Shown in pieces: positions 24,214 through 36,507 of a DNA stretch of 64,000 nt. Position numbers and translations under genes: made by a program. How positions within the stretch are numbered: position 1 is the stretch's first letter; each line of letters begins with the position of its first letter. The DNA is from Selaginella moellendorffii (taxonomy: Eukaryota > Plantae > Lycopodiophyta). The notes under the pieces were generated by a model. That model was given only the letters and a program-made list of their open reading frames with translations, did not search any database and was not told the origin of the DNA. Location of the stretch: NCBI RefSeq assembly GCF_000143415.4, contig NW_003314264.1, positions 352,774 through 416,773 on the forward strand, read 5' to 3'.

Positions 24214-27133
24214 TACTCAAGGGTGTCCCATGTGTTGCGGTGACAAACTCCATTGAAGAGGTGACTTCAATGGAGCATATAATTACAGTTGCCAAAGAAA
24301 AACAGTATCTTCTCTGTGAACCTAGTGAGTACACACTTTAAGTTTAAATGTTATCTCACAAGCTCTGTATGCAGGAGCGTGGCCACCCCCAGATGCTGAA
24401 ACGGTGTTAACAGCTACTGTTGAAGATACCCATGTTGGGCCGAGCTCACAACCTGCACAAGGTAAGGTCACGTGAGGCCTCACGCCATTTTGATTATAGA
24501 TCGTTGTGAATATTCAGACACGAGGACTGAAAAGCGCACTGGTGGCGCATCGAAGAAGGACAAACAGACAAGCAATAGGAAAAAAGGAGGTACAAATTAT
24601 ATTTGCAATGGCGTGTGGTCTCATGCCATTCCTTGCAGGAGAAACTTCTTCAAAGGCAAAACAGGCAAGCACCAGCCAAGCTCAAACTGACAGTGGTCAT
24701 AAAAAGCGAAAGCACGTTGGACAGTCGTCGAGATCAGAGGCGTTTGATTCGAAAAGGAAGAAGGGCAACGAAAAGATGATAGGTAATGCCTCGCGGTTAT
24801 GGCGTGTGTGCTCATGCCATTCATTGCAGATCAAGGGCTGAGTGAAAGCAGGCAGTCACCACCTCCTGACTCAGATTCCTATGGCGGACTCCCCTTCCCC
24901 AATCTCAATGGAGAGGTACAATGGATGAGGGAAGCTTTTCAAGTCAAGGCCACGTTTTTCTCATCTTGTCGTCTTCGAAGGGTGCAAGAACGTGCAGAAA
25001 CCATGTTAAGACAGTCGGGTGAGGATACGGTCCTAGGTCACGCACTAAAACAGGCTATGGATGTCTTGTCTTTTGAGATGGAGACTCGGCCAAATGATTT
25101 TCCCAAGATGGTCCTGGAAGAACAAGCCATCCAGCCTGAGCAGCCTATGGAAGAAATGCAGGAGGGGGATGAGGAGCCAGAGAAAGATAATGAGCAGGAA
25201 GAGCAGAAGGACGAAGAGGAGGACGAAGAAGAGGAGGACGAAGAGGACTTGGATGGTCCTCACAATGGTGACGATCACAATAACGACGACGACGATGATG
25301 ACGACGATGCCCAGCCTGAGGTGGCCAAAGAGCAGCGGAGGAAGGTCATACAAGACAAACCATCAGGTAAATAATAGTACATCCATTCCTAACCTTTTAC
25401 CATTTCTAACATTGTCCATGTAGGTCGCAGAGCAAATGGTAAGTAGAGATTATTCAGTTGAATTTACAAACTCTAGCCTTTAGTGTCGAGGAAGGATAGT
25501 GCCAAGCAAGGGTCGAAACGTATGTCCAATCCTTCAGAATCAGCAGTGCGCCCAAGTGATATCGGTCCTAGTTCCTCAATAGCAGTTGATGGTAAATACA
25601 ATATAGTCGATTCAATGTGCTAATGAGTTTGTTTTTAGTAGCACGGGAGGATACCATCTCAATCGAAGGGAGATATTTGGACATGCATATGGATCCGCCA
25701 GTGGACTCTACTTGGCTGCAAGAGTCATCAGAGCTGGTGGAGGCTACTATCCATATCAACGCCAAGCAAGCTGACCACGCTCCACTTGATGCTGCCCATA
25801 CCACTGAGTCAATCTTGTCCTCGTATCCAACTGACGGTGACCAGGCGCCATTGGACCCACATGAGGCCGCCCCAGCCGCCGAGCCGGTCGTATCCTCATT
25901 TCCAACAGACTCAACGTGTGCCCAATCGTCTGACTACGCGCCGTTGGAACCTCCCTACACCGCCCCTGCTGCCTGTTCGGTCATGTCCACTTTGCCAACG
26001 GAGGCACCAGCTGAAATGGCGTGTGATCACACGCCATTGGAACCACCCCATGCCACTGTTGAGCCAGTTGTACCAGAGTCTACAGCTGAAATGGCATGTG
26101 CCCACACGCCATCGGATGCAATTGACCCCACATTGCAGAGGAGAGTATTTCCGCCCTTCACGTTTCCTCGACCAAAACCCTCTCAACGACCATTGGGAGC
26201 ACCATTCGCTAATATTGTAGATGGTAAAATTGACTTGTACCATTTTTTATGCTGACGCATTTCATTTCAGAGTCACGGCGAAGGTACTGTATCATTTTTG
26301 ATCTGAACGGTGTCCTTTTCTCCCATGAGCGTGGCTCGTCCTCGAATGTCATTGCACCCTCCAAAGCCTGCGGTCGCAAGTTGGTCAAAAGAGACAGATT
26401 CACATTAATCACACGGGAGAAACTGCGGGATCTAATAATGACCATGCGACACTTAAAACAGAGGGCCGGGTTCAATTTGCAATTGGGAGTTTGGACATCC
26501 ATGATGCGCCACAATGCATTAACGTTGCTACAGATGATGCACGATCAGACGCGAGTAATATTACCATTTGACTTTCTCCTAACGCAGGAGGATTGCTTGA
26601 CTATGGTCCATGTGAGGGGTAGCAAGCCCATCTTCGTCAAGCCAGAGGCTGTAGTGATGAACCGGACTGCTAGCTCAAGTGAAATCCTCATCATCGATGA
26701 CTCGCCGATTAAAACTGCAGCGAACACGCACACATATGCAGTGCACCCCATCTCTTGCAGTATGGAAACTAGGGAGAAGAAACCGTATGTTCTGGGGGAC
26801 CTTGCAAAACGGCTTAGAGCGATGGTGATAGAGAACCGGCCAGTCCAGGAGGTGGCTGCAGAAATCAACCAAATGGCAGATGGAACGGTATATCAGAAGC
26901 CATTTGATCGGACAGACACCAGTCATCATTTATGGCATGTATATTGTCTAGCCAAGCACTATCCGCATCTCCATAATCTGCTCAACCGGATGGGTTCTTC
27001 GACCACTGAACATGAGCGTGGACGTATTAGAGAAGAGATGGCATTATTATTGGGTTTAAATCCTGATAGTGTGGAGAGTGATGAAATTCCAAGATTATTG
27101 TATAGGCGTTGGAGGCAAAAAATAACAGTCTGA
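24105..27133 (+). CDS. Transposon cargo gene, 9 exons, about 870 aa, 5' end uncertain: basic NLS-like segments, acidic tract, Pro/Ala repeats, C-terminal FCP1/NIF-like HAD phosphatase domain
   Basis: GT-AG introns 24325-24374, 24462-24517, 24590-24638, 24783-24829, 25367-25423, 25439-25483, 25592-25638, 26224-26270 give one open frame; motifs IIFDLNGVL, GVWTSMM, KPIFVK, LIIDDSPIK. Confidence 0.8.
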
Positions 27134-27551
27134 GATGGCATGTATTTATTTAAAAATGTAACTTATTATGGCATGGGGTTCCATGCCATTGTATTGATAT
27201 TAAAAGACAATTCTTTGAGAGGATTTGCATTATACTAGAAGTGTTACAGCATGTTATTGGAAGTCTACGAAGTTGTTTTATTAATAAGGGGAAAGTAAAG
27301 ATTGAATGGGGACTTGGGCTCCACCTAGACTTGGAGCAACTGAGCCAATATTAAAAGGATGGAAAGAAATTGGACGACGATGACAAGGAGAAGAGAGAGG
27401 TGAAGCAGTGGCAGGGGGAGGAGAAGTGATTGAGTAGACATTTCCTTGTTTAAAATAAAATGGCATGTGCCTCAATGCAGTTGAATTTTGTTATATTTAT
27501 ATACTATATAAAGGTTTGGAAACCTTATTTTACAAGTGGGATAATGACAAT

Positions 27552-27575
27552 TCCCATTTTAACGAAATAGAGCTT
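27552..27575 (-). repeat. Right TIR
   Basis: TCCCATTTTAACGAAATAGAGCTT. Confidence 0.9.
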
Positions 27576-28194
27576 TATTCAGTTCCATTGGCTATTTATG
27601 CAAAGTGTCTAGATTTGCTAATTTGGCATATTTAAAGAATGTAGAGATTATCCTAAATAAAATGGTGTTAGTTCCATATACAAATTTAAAATTTAGCATT
27701 ATTCCATCTTTAGTAAGTTTCAAACTTGTCCCAGAGATTATCTTTTGGTACTAAGGGTGACGAAGGGTGAAAGCCCAAAGTGTGCGTTCCTAAAAGGAGG
27801 GGTGCTATGGGAGGTTCTAAATATATAGTAAGGATAGTGGGTAGATTAGGCATAGTTGACCAACTTGAGGCATAATCTAGCTTCTGCTTGTATGCTTGAC
27901 TTTATTTTGCGTCCGGCTTGGGTCTAAGCCCAAGTTCCATTCTATACTAGATAGCAGAGTACCCATATCCTCGCATTAAGCCATTGGTATGCGAAAATAG
28001 TGCCAAATTATATTTGGCTTCATTTTGTATGTTGGTCCTAGCATTGGGATGCTGGAAGCTCTAGAATTGTTCTAATATTACTCTGTGTTCTTATCCCTTT
28101 GCTCTATGGGTTGCACGCTTAAAAATTGCTCTATGCTTTAGTACCTTTACTCCTTGGCTCCATGCTTAAGAGTTTGGTTCTATCCCTTCATTCA

Positions 28195-29822
28195 TGTGAG
28201 ACACAAATCTCTAAGCCCCAAGTGAAGCCGAAAGGGTGCTATGTGGTAGTGGCTGAGGCAGAAGCCAAATGAGTGTAACACATATGGACTAAAAGTTTCG
28301 ACTCAAAAAGTCAAGAGCAGGAGTGGAACTCCCAACGAAGTGCTCAAGGAACAAGTACGAAGTGAGCAATAAATGAGTCTCTAAAAAGGGACACAAAAGG
28401 ACCAACATATGACACGTAGGAGTCTGAGATGGAGTCCGAGACAGACCCAAGATGGAGTCTAAAATGGACCCAAGATGGAGTCCGAGATAGAACCGAGATG
28501 GAGTTCAAGATGGACCCGAGATAAAGTCTAAGATGGACCGAGATGGAGTCTGAGATGGAATCTGAGATAGACCCAAGATGGAGTCTGAGATAGAGTCGAA
28601 GATAGCATCCAAGATGGACTCGAGATGGTGTCCCCCGAGATGGAGTCTAAGATGGACCCAAGATAGAGTCTGAGATGGATGCAAGATGGAGTCTGAGATG
28701 GACCCAAGATGGAGTTTGAGATGGAGTCTGAGATTGAACCGAGACCAAGACCAACTCTGACTTCGACTTCGACTCTAAATACTAATACAGGCTGTTAAGT
28801 GAAAGCCCAAAGTGATCGTCCCCTGGGGGAGGGGGGGGGGGGGGGGGAGGGGGGAGCTGCAAGAGGTTCCAAAAGTATAGTAAAGAGAGTGTGAAGATTG
28901 GACCCCATTAGAGCCAGTTTAGCCAAAAAAGGCCAGTGTGACCTAAGAAGGGTATACCCAGGTGTTGGGTGAGGATATGTCCACTGAGGAGTCCAAAGCT
29001 AGAGTGAATACAGATTAACAAGAAAGGTAGCTTGGTGGAGTGTTCAAAAGTCGGCTCTAGTTCCCCTAGGAGATTGAATGGTCGATGCTCCCAATCCAAG
29101 TGTGGGTAGCACTACCTACTTAGATACTTGGTGTGGCTCAACGGAACCTTGCTCTAAGCCCATGGCTAAAACACTCAAAGGCAGAAGGTGAGGAGAGTAC
29201 CCATAAGACTTGTGTATGGCCATAATGTTTTGAAATGTTGTCCTAAAGTCCCAGATTGTGGAAAGGAAGAGGGGCAATCGTTTAGTGTAGTGATCAAGGT
29301 TACTGTCATATGGTGTGAAAGTCCTAAAGGATAGTGGGACTTAGTGGTCGGGCCTATAAGCTTTGACCCAGTGGCAGTGTCGACAAACACGGCCATGGAT
29401 AGAAAGGGATATGGTAGGGACTGAAAAAAGGATATTGGGGAAAGTTATTCCCCATGTTTGCAAGCATCCTAAGGATGCCAAAGAGTGAATCTGGGATCAT
29501 CACTCATGGATGGATGGCTCAGTCTTTGAGTGATGGTACTATAATGCAAGTGGGGTTGGACGACTAATGTGGCAAAGGTGAATGGGCATGGCCTTAGTGT
29601 AACGGGTTGATATGTCAGTGGTACCTTTGGGTGTCCGTCATAGGATCGGACACGTGAAACACTTGGACCAAGTGCAAAGGTTGAGTGGCAAGGATGTCAT
29701 TCTCAGGGCTAGCAAACCCCAAGTTTGGAATATGACTTATGAAGGTTGTGAGTGAGATTCCTCCAAGTGGTCGAAGGTGTGGTTAAGTGACTAAAGTAGA
29801 ATGGAAAATTTAATCACTTACA
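28195..29822 (+). mobile_element. Family-A solo LTR with TSD ATTCA
   Basis: TGTGAG...CTTACA; ATTCA at 28190-28194 and 29823-29827. Confidence 0.93.
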
Positions 29823-31005
29823 ATTCAGTGGCCCAAGGCCCTGAAACTTGGATTCCACTCCGCTGTCCTTAAACATGTGGCATGTGGCATATGGCATTTG
29901 ACACGTGGCACATAGAAGGTTTAGGTTTTGCTTCATGATTATCCTATGGTAAATCACTATAGGAAGGGTGAAAATCACGTGTAATACACTGAAACACCCA
30001 TATCAGTAAAAATCTTAACAAAGCTACTTTCAAGTTTCTATTAGAGGGCTAGTAGATGTTGGTTCCTTGTTAGAATTTACTTGAGGATATATCAATCATT
30101 AATAATTCTTCTTGTGCTTGTTTGACTTACATTTTATTATAGATGGATTCATAGAAGATCGTTTAGTGATCATTTGTTAAACATAACTTCATTGTGTTTG
30201 GCTTTTGCATTAATGCAGACATGCTCTTCATTAGCTTTGGCATTATAAAGTTTAACTTTTAGATATATTAAGAAGGATATTATGGGTTGTACCATGATTT
30301 CTTTTCTAGCATTGAAGTTAGTTTATGCAAAACTCATGATCATTATTAAGACTTGACTATAGGCTTCTTTAAACTTTTAGTTCCTTGAGTTCTTATGCTG
30401 ATTATTCCATTTATTAGGAGTTGTTAGGAAAGGCATGTTTGGCTCATTACCTATAATATTGAAGTTAGTATTTACATCTAGCAATTATTGATGATGATTA
30501 ACTTTCATTTAGGATAATTCATTATCCTTGTTAAAGATTTTTCTTAATTATTGTTGATATATAATGTTTTGCCATTCTTTGGGATGGTAAATTTTTTCTT
30601 TAATAATGATTGTACATCTCTCCATTAATGGGATGATTGATAATCTTTTATGATAGTCAATTGTTCTTTTTCATGGCTTATGGCTTTTTGCATTATCACA
30701 CATTCTTTGTGGTTTACCTTGGATTGGTCTCTTAGATTTGACACATCAGTAGAATGTTGCTAACTTTTGCTTAAGCAACTTAAGTTCCATAGTATTATTG
30801 ACTAGGATCTAATCAAATTGGCTAGTGTGATAGTTGGCATAAACAAGTGTTTGTTGGTCTTATTGCATTTATTTTATTTTATTAATTGTTACTACAGTTG
30901 GCTTTGATAGATTGGATGTTATTTTCTTTATATGATACATTTGCGAGCATTTTTCTTGCAAATTGATGATACTTTATGTTCTTTAAATTATCTTATGTAA
31001 ATTGT

Positions 31006-31426
31006 TGTCGCGAATGTGACTTCAGGTATCGAAAGTTACCTGTCGGCTAGTCCTTTCGGATATTCTTTCCTTACTGCCATGACGGCAGGAGATCGATATT
31101 GTTGGACCCGTTATCAGTTCCCACTTGAGCTAGTTGAGAAACTGGTCATTGACCATGCACTTAAATCGGATAAACATAAAGTAGGAACTCCTATGTGTTT
31201 CTTGCTGAGCATACTCGGCCTGGTTTGAGAAACTCCTGTCATTGGCTTACACTTGCTAGTATCAAGAACCCCTGTGATATTGAGCTTGGTCCCTCAATAT
31301 CACTAGATGATAGCTTACCGTGTTTGCCAAACACCCTCGCTATTATGCCTTTTGTGTTAGTCTCATTTTGGTCCCAAATGCTATTTATGGAAAGTGTCTA
31401 GATTTGCTCTGGCATATCTATGGCAT
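31006..31426 (+). repeat. Repeat family C (LTR-like, begins TGTCGCGAATGTGAC), truncated by assembly gap
   Basis: Paralogs start at 20374 and 36734; inverted terminus at about 33769-33796. Confidence 0.7.
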
Positions 31427-31835
31427 NNNNNNNNNNNNNNNNNNNNNNNNNNNNNNNNNNNNNNNNNNNNNNNNNNNNNNNNNNNNNNNNNNNNNNNNNN
31501 NNNNNNNNNNNNNNNNNNNNNNNNNNNNNNNNNNNNNNNNNNNNNNNNNNNNNNNNNNNNNNNNNNNNNNNNNNNNNNNNNNNNNNNNNNNNNNNNNNNN
31601 NNNNNNNNNNNNNNNNNNNNNNNNNNNNNNNNNNNNNNNNNNNNNNNNNNNNNNNNNNNNNNNNNNNNNNNNNNNNNNNNNNNNNNNNNNNNNNNNNNNN
31701 NNNNNNNNNNNNNNNNNNNNNNNNNNNNNNNNNNNNNNNNNNNNNNNNNNNNNNNNNNNNNNNNNNNNNNNNNNNNNNNNNNNNNNNNNNNNNNNNNNNN
31801 NNNNNNNNNNNNNNNNNNNNNNNNNNNNNNNNNNN
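31427..31835. other. Assembly gap (N run)
   Basis: N bases. Confidence 1.
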
Positions 31836-32989
31836 ATGGACAAAGCTTACCAGATACATCAACGGATCAGTATTTGCATTGACTGCAAGAAAAGCTTGAG
31901 GAAAGCAACGAAAGTTACTCACCTCTTCTTCCTCATAGTCTGCATTGACCAACTCGTCAACCCCTTCAGCTTCACCACCACCGTCTTCCCTCATGACATT
32001 AACCTGAGACCTTGTCTTATGCTTATTGGGACATTTCGAGGACCTATATCCCGACTCTCCACAATGGAAACAATGACCCACACTACCTATTCCGCTAGGA
32101 GTAGGTTTTGCAGGTTGTTACTGCTTGTACCCACTAGGAGGAGGAATAGAGGGCCTAGGACCAAAAGAAGCTACTGGTGGTCTCCAACCACCACCACCTT
32201 TATTAACTGTTACTTGTGAGCCTCCAGGGTAGAACCTACTTTCCACCCTCTATTTCCGATCACCTTGTTTATTTCCAGAATTCCTATTCTTGTCCGAGTT
32301 ACCAGCATACGGTTGCTGATATTGTTCCATGAGCGAGTGACTAAAGGCAACTTGCTGCACTGCCTCCTTACACTCTAGGTACGTCCTTGGCTTAAACTTC
32401 AAAATCTCATTACGAGAAAGTGAACTTAAACCCTCCAAGAAATAACTTCGAGCATCTTCGTCACTCATATTTGCAATCATAATGCACTTTTGAGCAAACG
32501 CATTAACGTAATGCATGAGATCCCCTCGCTACTTTAACTGCCGCAGCTCCGCGCGAAGTCTTAGACCAAGATCATCCGGCAAGTATTCCTTATAGATACG
32601 AGACCGCATCTTGGTCCAACTTCTAGTCTGCCCTTTTTCAGCACATACCTGGCGCCACCAAGTTTTGGCATGATCGGTGAGAAAGGATTGCGCGCACGCA
32701 ACTTTCATACGATCATCTACGTCTGCCGCTATGAAATAGTTTTCCATATCATAGACCCAGTCCTCCAAAACTTGATAGTCCCGCATGCCTCCTTCTTCAA
32801 TTTGCGAATCTCCCTTCGCAAATTCTCGATCTCGACTTCCTAAGCTGTACGCTGCAACACCGCAGCATCTGGCTCTTGCTCTTCCGACTTGGCCTCAACC
32901 TCTTCCGCAACATCTCTAGCAGGAGTTTCCTTCTCTCGATTCGCCTGTCTAGAGGTTTTAGCATTATCAGCATGGTTTTTCTTCACCAT
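31836..32989 (-). pseudogene. gag: gag of a further Ty3/Gypsy family (D), degraded
   Basis: VLEDWVYDMENYF..AKTWW..YFLEGL; degenerate knuckle CFHCGESGYRSSKC; stops and frameshifts. Confidence 0.85.
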
Positions 32990-33180
32990 CCTGCTAGTTG
33001 TATGCATGCCTCTATCAGTAACTAAACATGCATACAACGTTCTTACTGAATGGTGCTATCCAACTAATCCTACACAGGTCACTTAGGATGTACTAGAAAA
33101 GTCTCTGTGTATGCAACTTGAGTAAGAAAATCCGACAAAAGTTGGATAGGAATTGCTGAGACAATTTCTCCAATACCAAA

Positions 33181-33342
33181 TATAGTGCAGTTTATCTCTC
33201 TCCCCTTAAGCCAATTGGAAAAGGGGCAATTGCTTGATGAGAGAGCCCTTAGTGGCTATTTTATCGCCATTTATCCCCCAAAGTTCTAAGGATCTATGGT
33301 GACAGTATATCTAAATCTCATCCCATGATCACATGCACTACA
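33181..33342 (-). mobile_element. Short (about 162 bp) family-D LTR flanked by PPT and PBS
   Basis: Minus strand reads G-rich PPT, then TGTAGTGCA...TGCACTATA, then TGGTATTGGAGA (PBS-like), then gag. Confidence 0.65.
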
Positions 33343-33796
33343 CTCACCCCCCCTTCAGAGATGTCAATGTCCTCATTGACTATTGACTAACAACCCCTAC
33401 TGAGCCAGGGGGAACCAACACCTCCATTTCCGCACTCAATCTACCAATCCTTCCATTGTGTAAACCAGTTATTCCATGTGAGGCAACTAATCATCCACCC
33501 ATACCACAGTCCCACGGTGGATACCTTCGTCCGTGGATACTCCACACAAAAGGAAGGATGTACACATGGATGTCTAATACGTACGATTTCAAATTTAGGG
33601 GTAGGAATATACTTTGCTTAAGGGTATATTATATTTTTAAGTAGCCACTAATCAATGGGAATCGAACCTGTGCCATTTTCTTACTGCCACGACGGCAGGA
33701 GGTCGGTACTACTGGTCCCTTTTATGGTCTCCACTCAAGCTAGTTGAGAAACTGGTCATTAAATATTTTTCGATACCCGAAGTCACATTCGCAACA

Positions 33797-36507
33797 ATAA
33801 AGTTCCTAATTCAAAGTGTTGAATTGAACTATTGATGATGGTGTGGCTTGGTCAAAGTGACCAAGTGGAAAGAACACCTAATGGAAATGATTTGTGGCAA
33901 TGCAATAGCATAGTGAGTCCGAAGAAAGTAATCTCTATAAAAGACCCATGGGAGGGTCATAAAGTTGGGCTAGGGATAAAGCCCACAATAGAAAATGCTA
34001 AAGAGACTTATTAAAGGTGAACACCCTCTAGACTTAGCAAAACAAAGTCTTTGCTATGGAACCGAAAGGATATCTCGAGAATGGAGGTAGCAATCCAATG
34101 TTGCTAAGTGCAACAATCAAGGATAAGAGCAAAAGACTAGTGGCTAAGAAAAGAGACATGGGAATCATGAGAAAGAATCCAAAACGCAAAGTTAGGCCAA
34201 GAACATTAATGTGTTAGATGCTAACGAATTGTGGGAAAGGCAATGTGTTTCCATGGATGAATTCCTAATTGCTTCGATTTGGCGAAAGTGGAAGCTCCAA
34301 AGGCAAAAAGCAGTAAAGTAGCCAAATGATAGGGACGTGGGTAGCCCTAGCACGAATTAAGATAACTGGAACTTAGTGCCAAAGGTCGCATAAAATGAGA
34401 AAGAGGATGATAGTGCCCTCAAACAGAAAACTTCCAAAGATGGGAAGTGGAGTTGTGCAATATGTGCAATGTAAAGTGCTGGAGACACTTAGGAAATTGA
34501 CTCTAACAAGTCAAATTTAAAAGTTCCAGAGTGCAAGTTTATATCAATAGGAACTGAGGCTACTCAGGAGTGAGTAGCGGGATTGAGATAGAGGAGGTGC
34601 CTCTAACAGGTTTAGCAAACACTAAACCAATGAAAGGGAAAGAACCACCATAGGTGATCGATTGAGTCTCCATGTCAGAGAGGCTATGTGCCTTAGAGGA
34701 TGGAGAAGGCATGGTGAGCCTTCGGTGTCAGACCATTGACGGATATTGATTAGGTGCTAAGGATGGAAAGGGTAATACATGTTGGTATTACTTTATAAAA
34801 ATGGTTTACTGTTCGATGAGGATATTGAACTTTGTTTATGGGTGGTGGAGTTGTGAAACACAAAATCCCTAAGCCCTAAAGTGGAGCCGAAAGGGCACCA
34901 CGTGGTAGTGGCCAAAGCGAAAGCCAAACGAGCGTAACATGTTTGGATTAAAAACTCCAACTTGAAAGGTCGAGAGCGGGAGTGGAACTCCCAACAAAGT
35001 GCTCAAGGAATGAGCACAAAGCGAGCAATAAGCAAGGCTCTAAAATGGGACCTAGAAAGGACCGAGACGGAGTCCGAGATGGAGTCCGAGATGGACCCGA
35101 GATGGAGTTCGAGATGGAGTCTGAGATGGACCAAGACAGAGTCCGAGATGAAGTCCAAGATGGACCCGAGATGGAGTCTAAGATGGAGTCTGAGATGGAG
35201 TCCGAGATGGACCGAGACAGAGTTCGAGATGGAGTTTGAGATGGAGTCTGNNNNNNNNNNNNNNNNNNNNNNNNNNNNNNNNNNNNNNNNNNNNNNNNNN
35301 NNNNNNNNNNNNNNNNNNNNNNNNNNNNNNNNNNNNNNNNNNNNNNNNNNTGGACCCGAGTTGGAGTCCGAGATGGACCTGAGATGGAGTCCGAGATGGA
35401 GTCCGAGATGGACCCGAGATGGAATCCGAGATGGAGTCCGAGAAGGACCTGAGATGGAGTCTGAGGTCGAGACCGAGACTGGGACCGAGACCGAGACCGA
35501 GATCGGGACCGAGACCGAGACCAGGACCAAGGCCGAGGCCGAGACCGAGGCCGAGTCCGAGTCCGAGTCCGAGCTCCAAAAGTATAGCAAGGGGGAGGAT
35601 TGTAGTGGAGCCAATTTGGCCAGGAAAGGCTAGTTTGGCCCAAGAAGGCTATACCCAAGTGTTGGGTGATGAGCTGACCACTGGGAAGTCCAAGACTAGA
35701 GTGAACATGGACCGACAAGCGGGGTAGCTTGGTGAAGTATTCAAGAGCCGGCTCTAATTCCCCCGGGAGATCGACTAGCCGATGCTTCCAGTCCAAGTGT
35801 GGGTGGCACTACCTACTTGGATACTTGGTGTGGCTCAACGGAACCTCGCTCTAAGCCCATGGCTAGAGCATCTAAAGGCAGAAGGCGGGGAGAGTACCCA
35901 TAAGGGCCACGTAAGTTTCGAAATGTTATCCCAAAGTCCCAGATTGTGGAAAGGAAGAGGAGTAGCCCTCTGGTGTGGTGACCAAGGACACAGTCACACA
36001 GTGAGGAAGTCCTAGAGGACAGTGGGACTTAATGGTCAGGCCCGTGGTCCTTGATCTAGTGGCAGTGTTGGCGAACATGGCCAAGGACAAAAAGGGATTT
36101 AGTGGGGACTGGAAAGGAGATATTGGGGAAGGCTATTCCCCATGTCTGTGGGCATCTTAAGGATGCTAAGGAGTGGATCTGAGATGACCACTCATGGTCG
36201 GATGGCTAGTCTTGGAAAGACGGGATTGCAATGCAGGTGGTGTTGGACCACCGATGTGGCCAAGATGAATGGGCATAGCCTAGCGTAATAGGCTGGTATG
36301 TTGGTGGTACCTTGGGGTGTTGATCATGGGATCGGACACGTGGAGCACTTGGACCAAGTGCAAAGGTTGAGTGGCATGAATGTCATTTTTGGGGCGAGCA
36401 AGCCTAAGTCTTGAATTGGATTTATGGAGGTTGTGAATGAAACTCCTCCAAATGGTCGAAGGTATGGTTAAGTGACTAAAGTAGAATGAAAAATTTAGTC
36501 ACTTACA
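33797..36507 (+). mobile_element. Truncated family-A element: 3' internal region plus 3' LTR (34852-36507, with 100-N gap at 35251-35350)
   Basis: Homologous to 13417-15962; PPT before 34852; ends CTTACA. Confidence 0.9.

Larger units (their letters stand above)
20405..27575 (-). mobile_element. TIR DNA transposon (Sola-like/DUF7869-type DDD transposase) with cargo gene
   Basis: 24-bp TIRs, 23/24 identical; both flanks match repeat family C; encloses a transposase frame and a divergent spliced gene. Confidence 0.85.

Noticed and set aside
20405-27575. Classification as CACTA
   Set aside because: Termini are AAGCTC/GAGCTT and the catalytic motifs are not TnpD-like, despite TnpA-like domains
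29960-31005. AT-rich segment, possibly a decayed element
   Set aside because: No recognisable motif, termini or paralog in the window
31320-32219. Long ORFs spanning X runs
   Set aside because: Caused by the assembly gap
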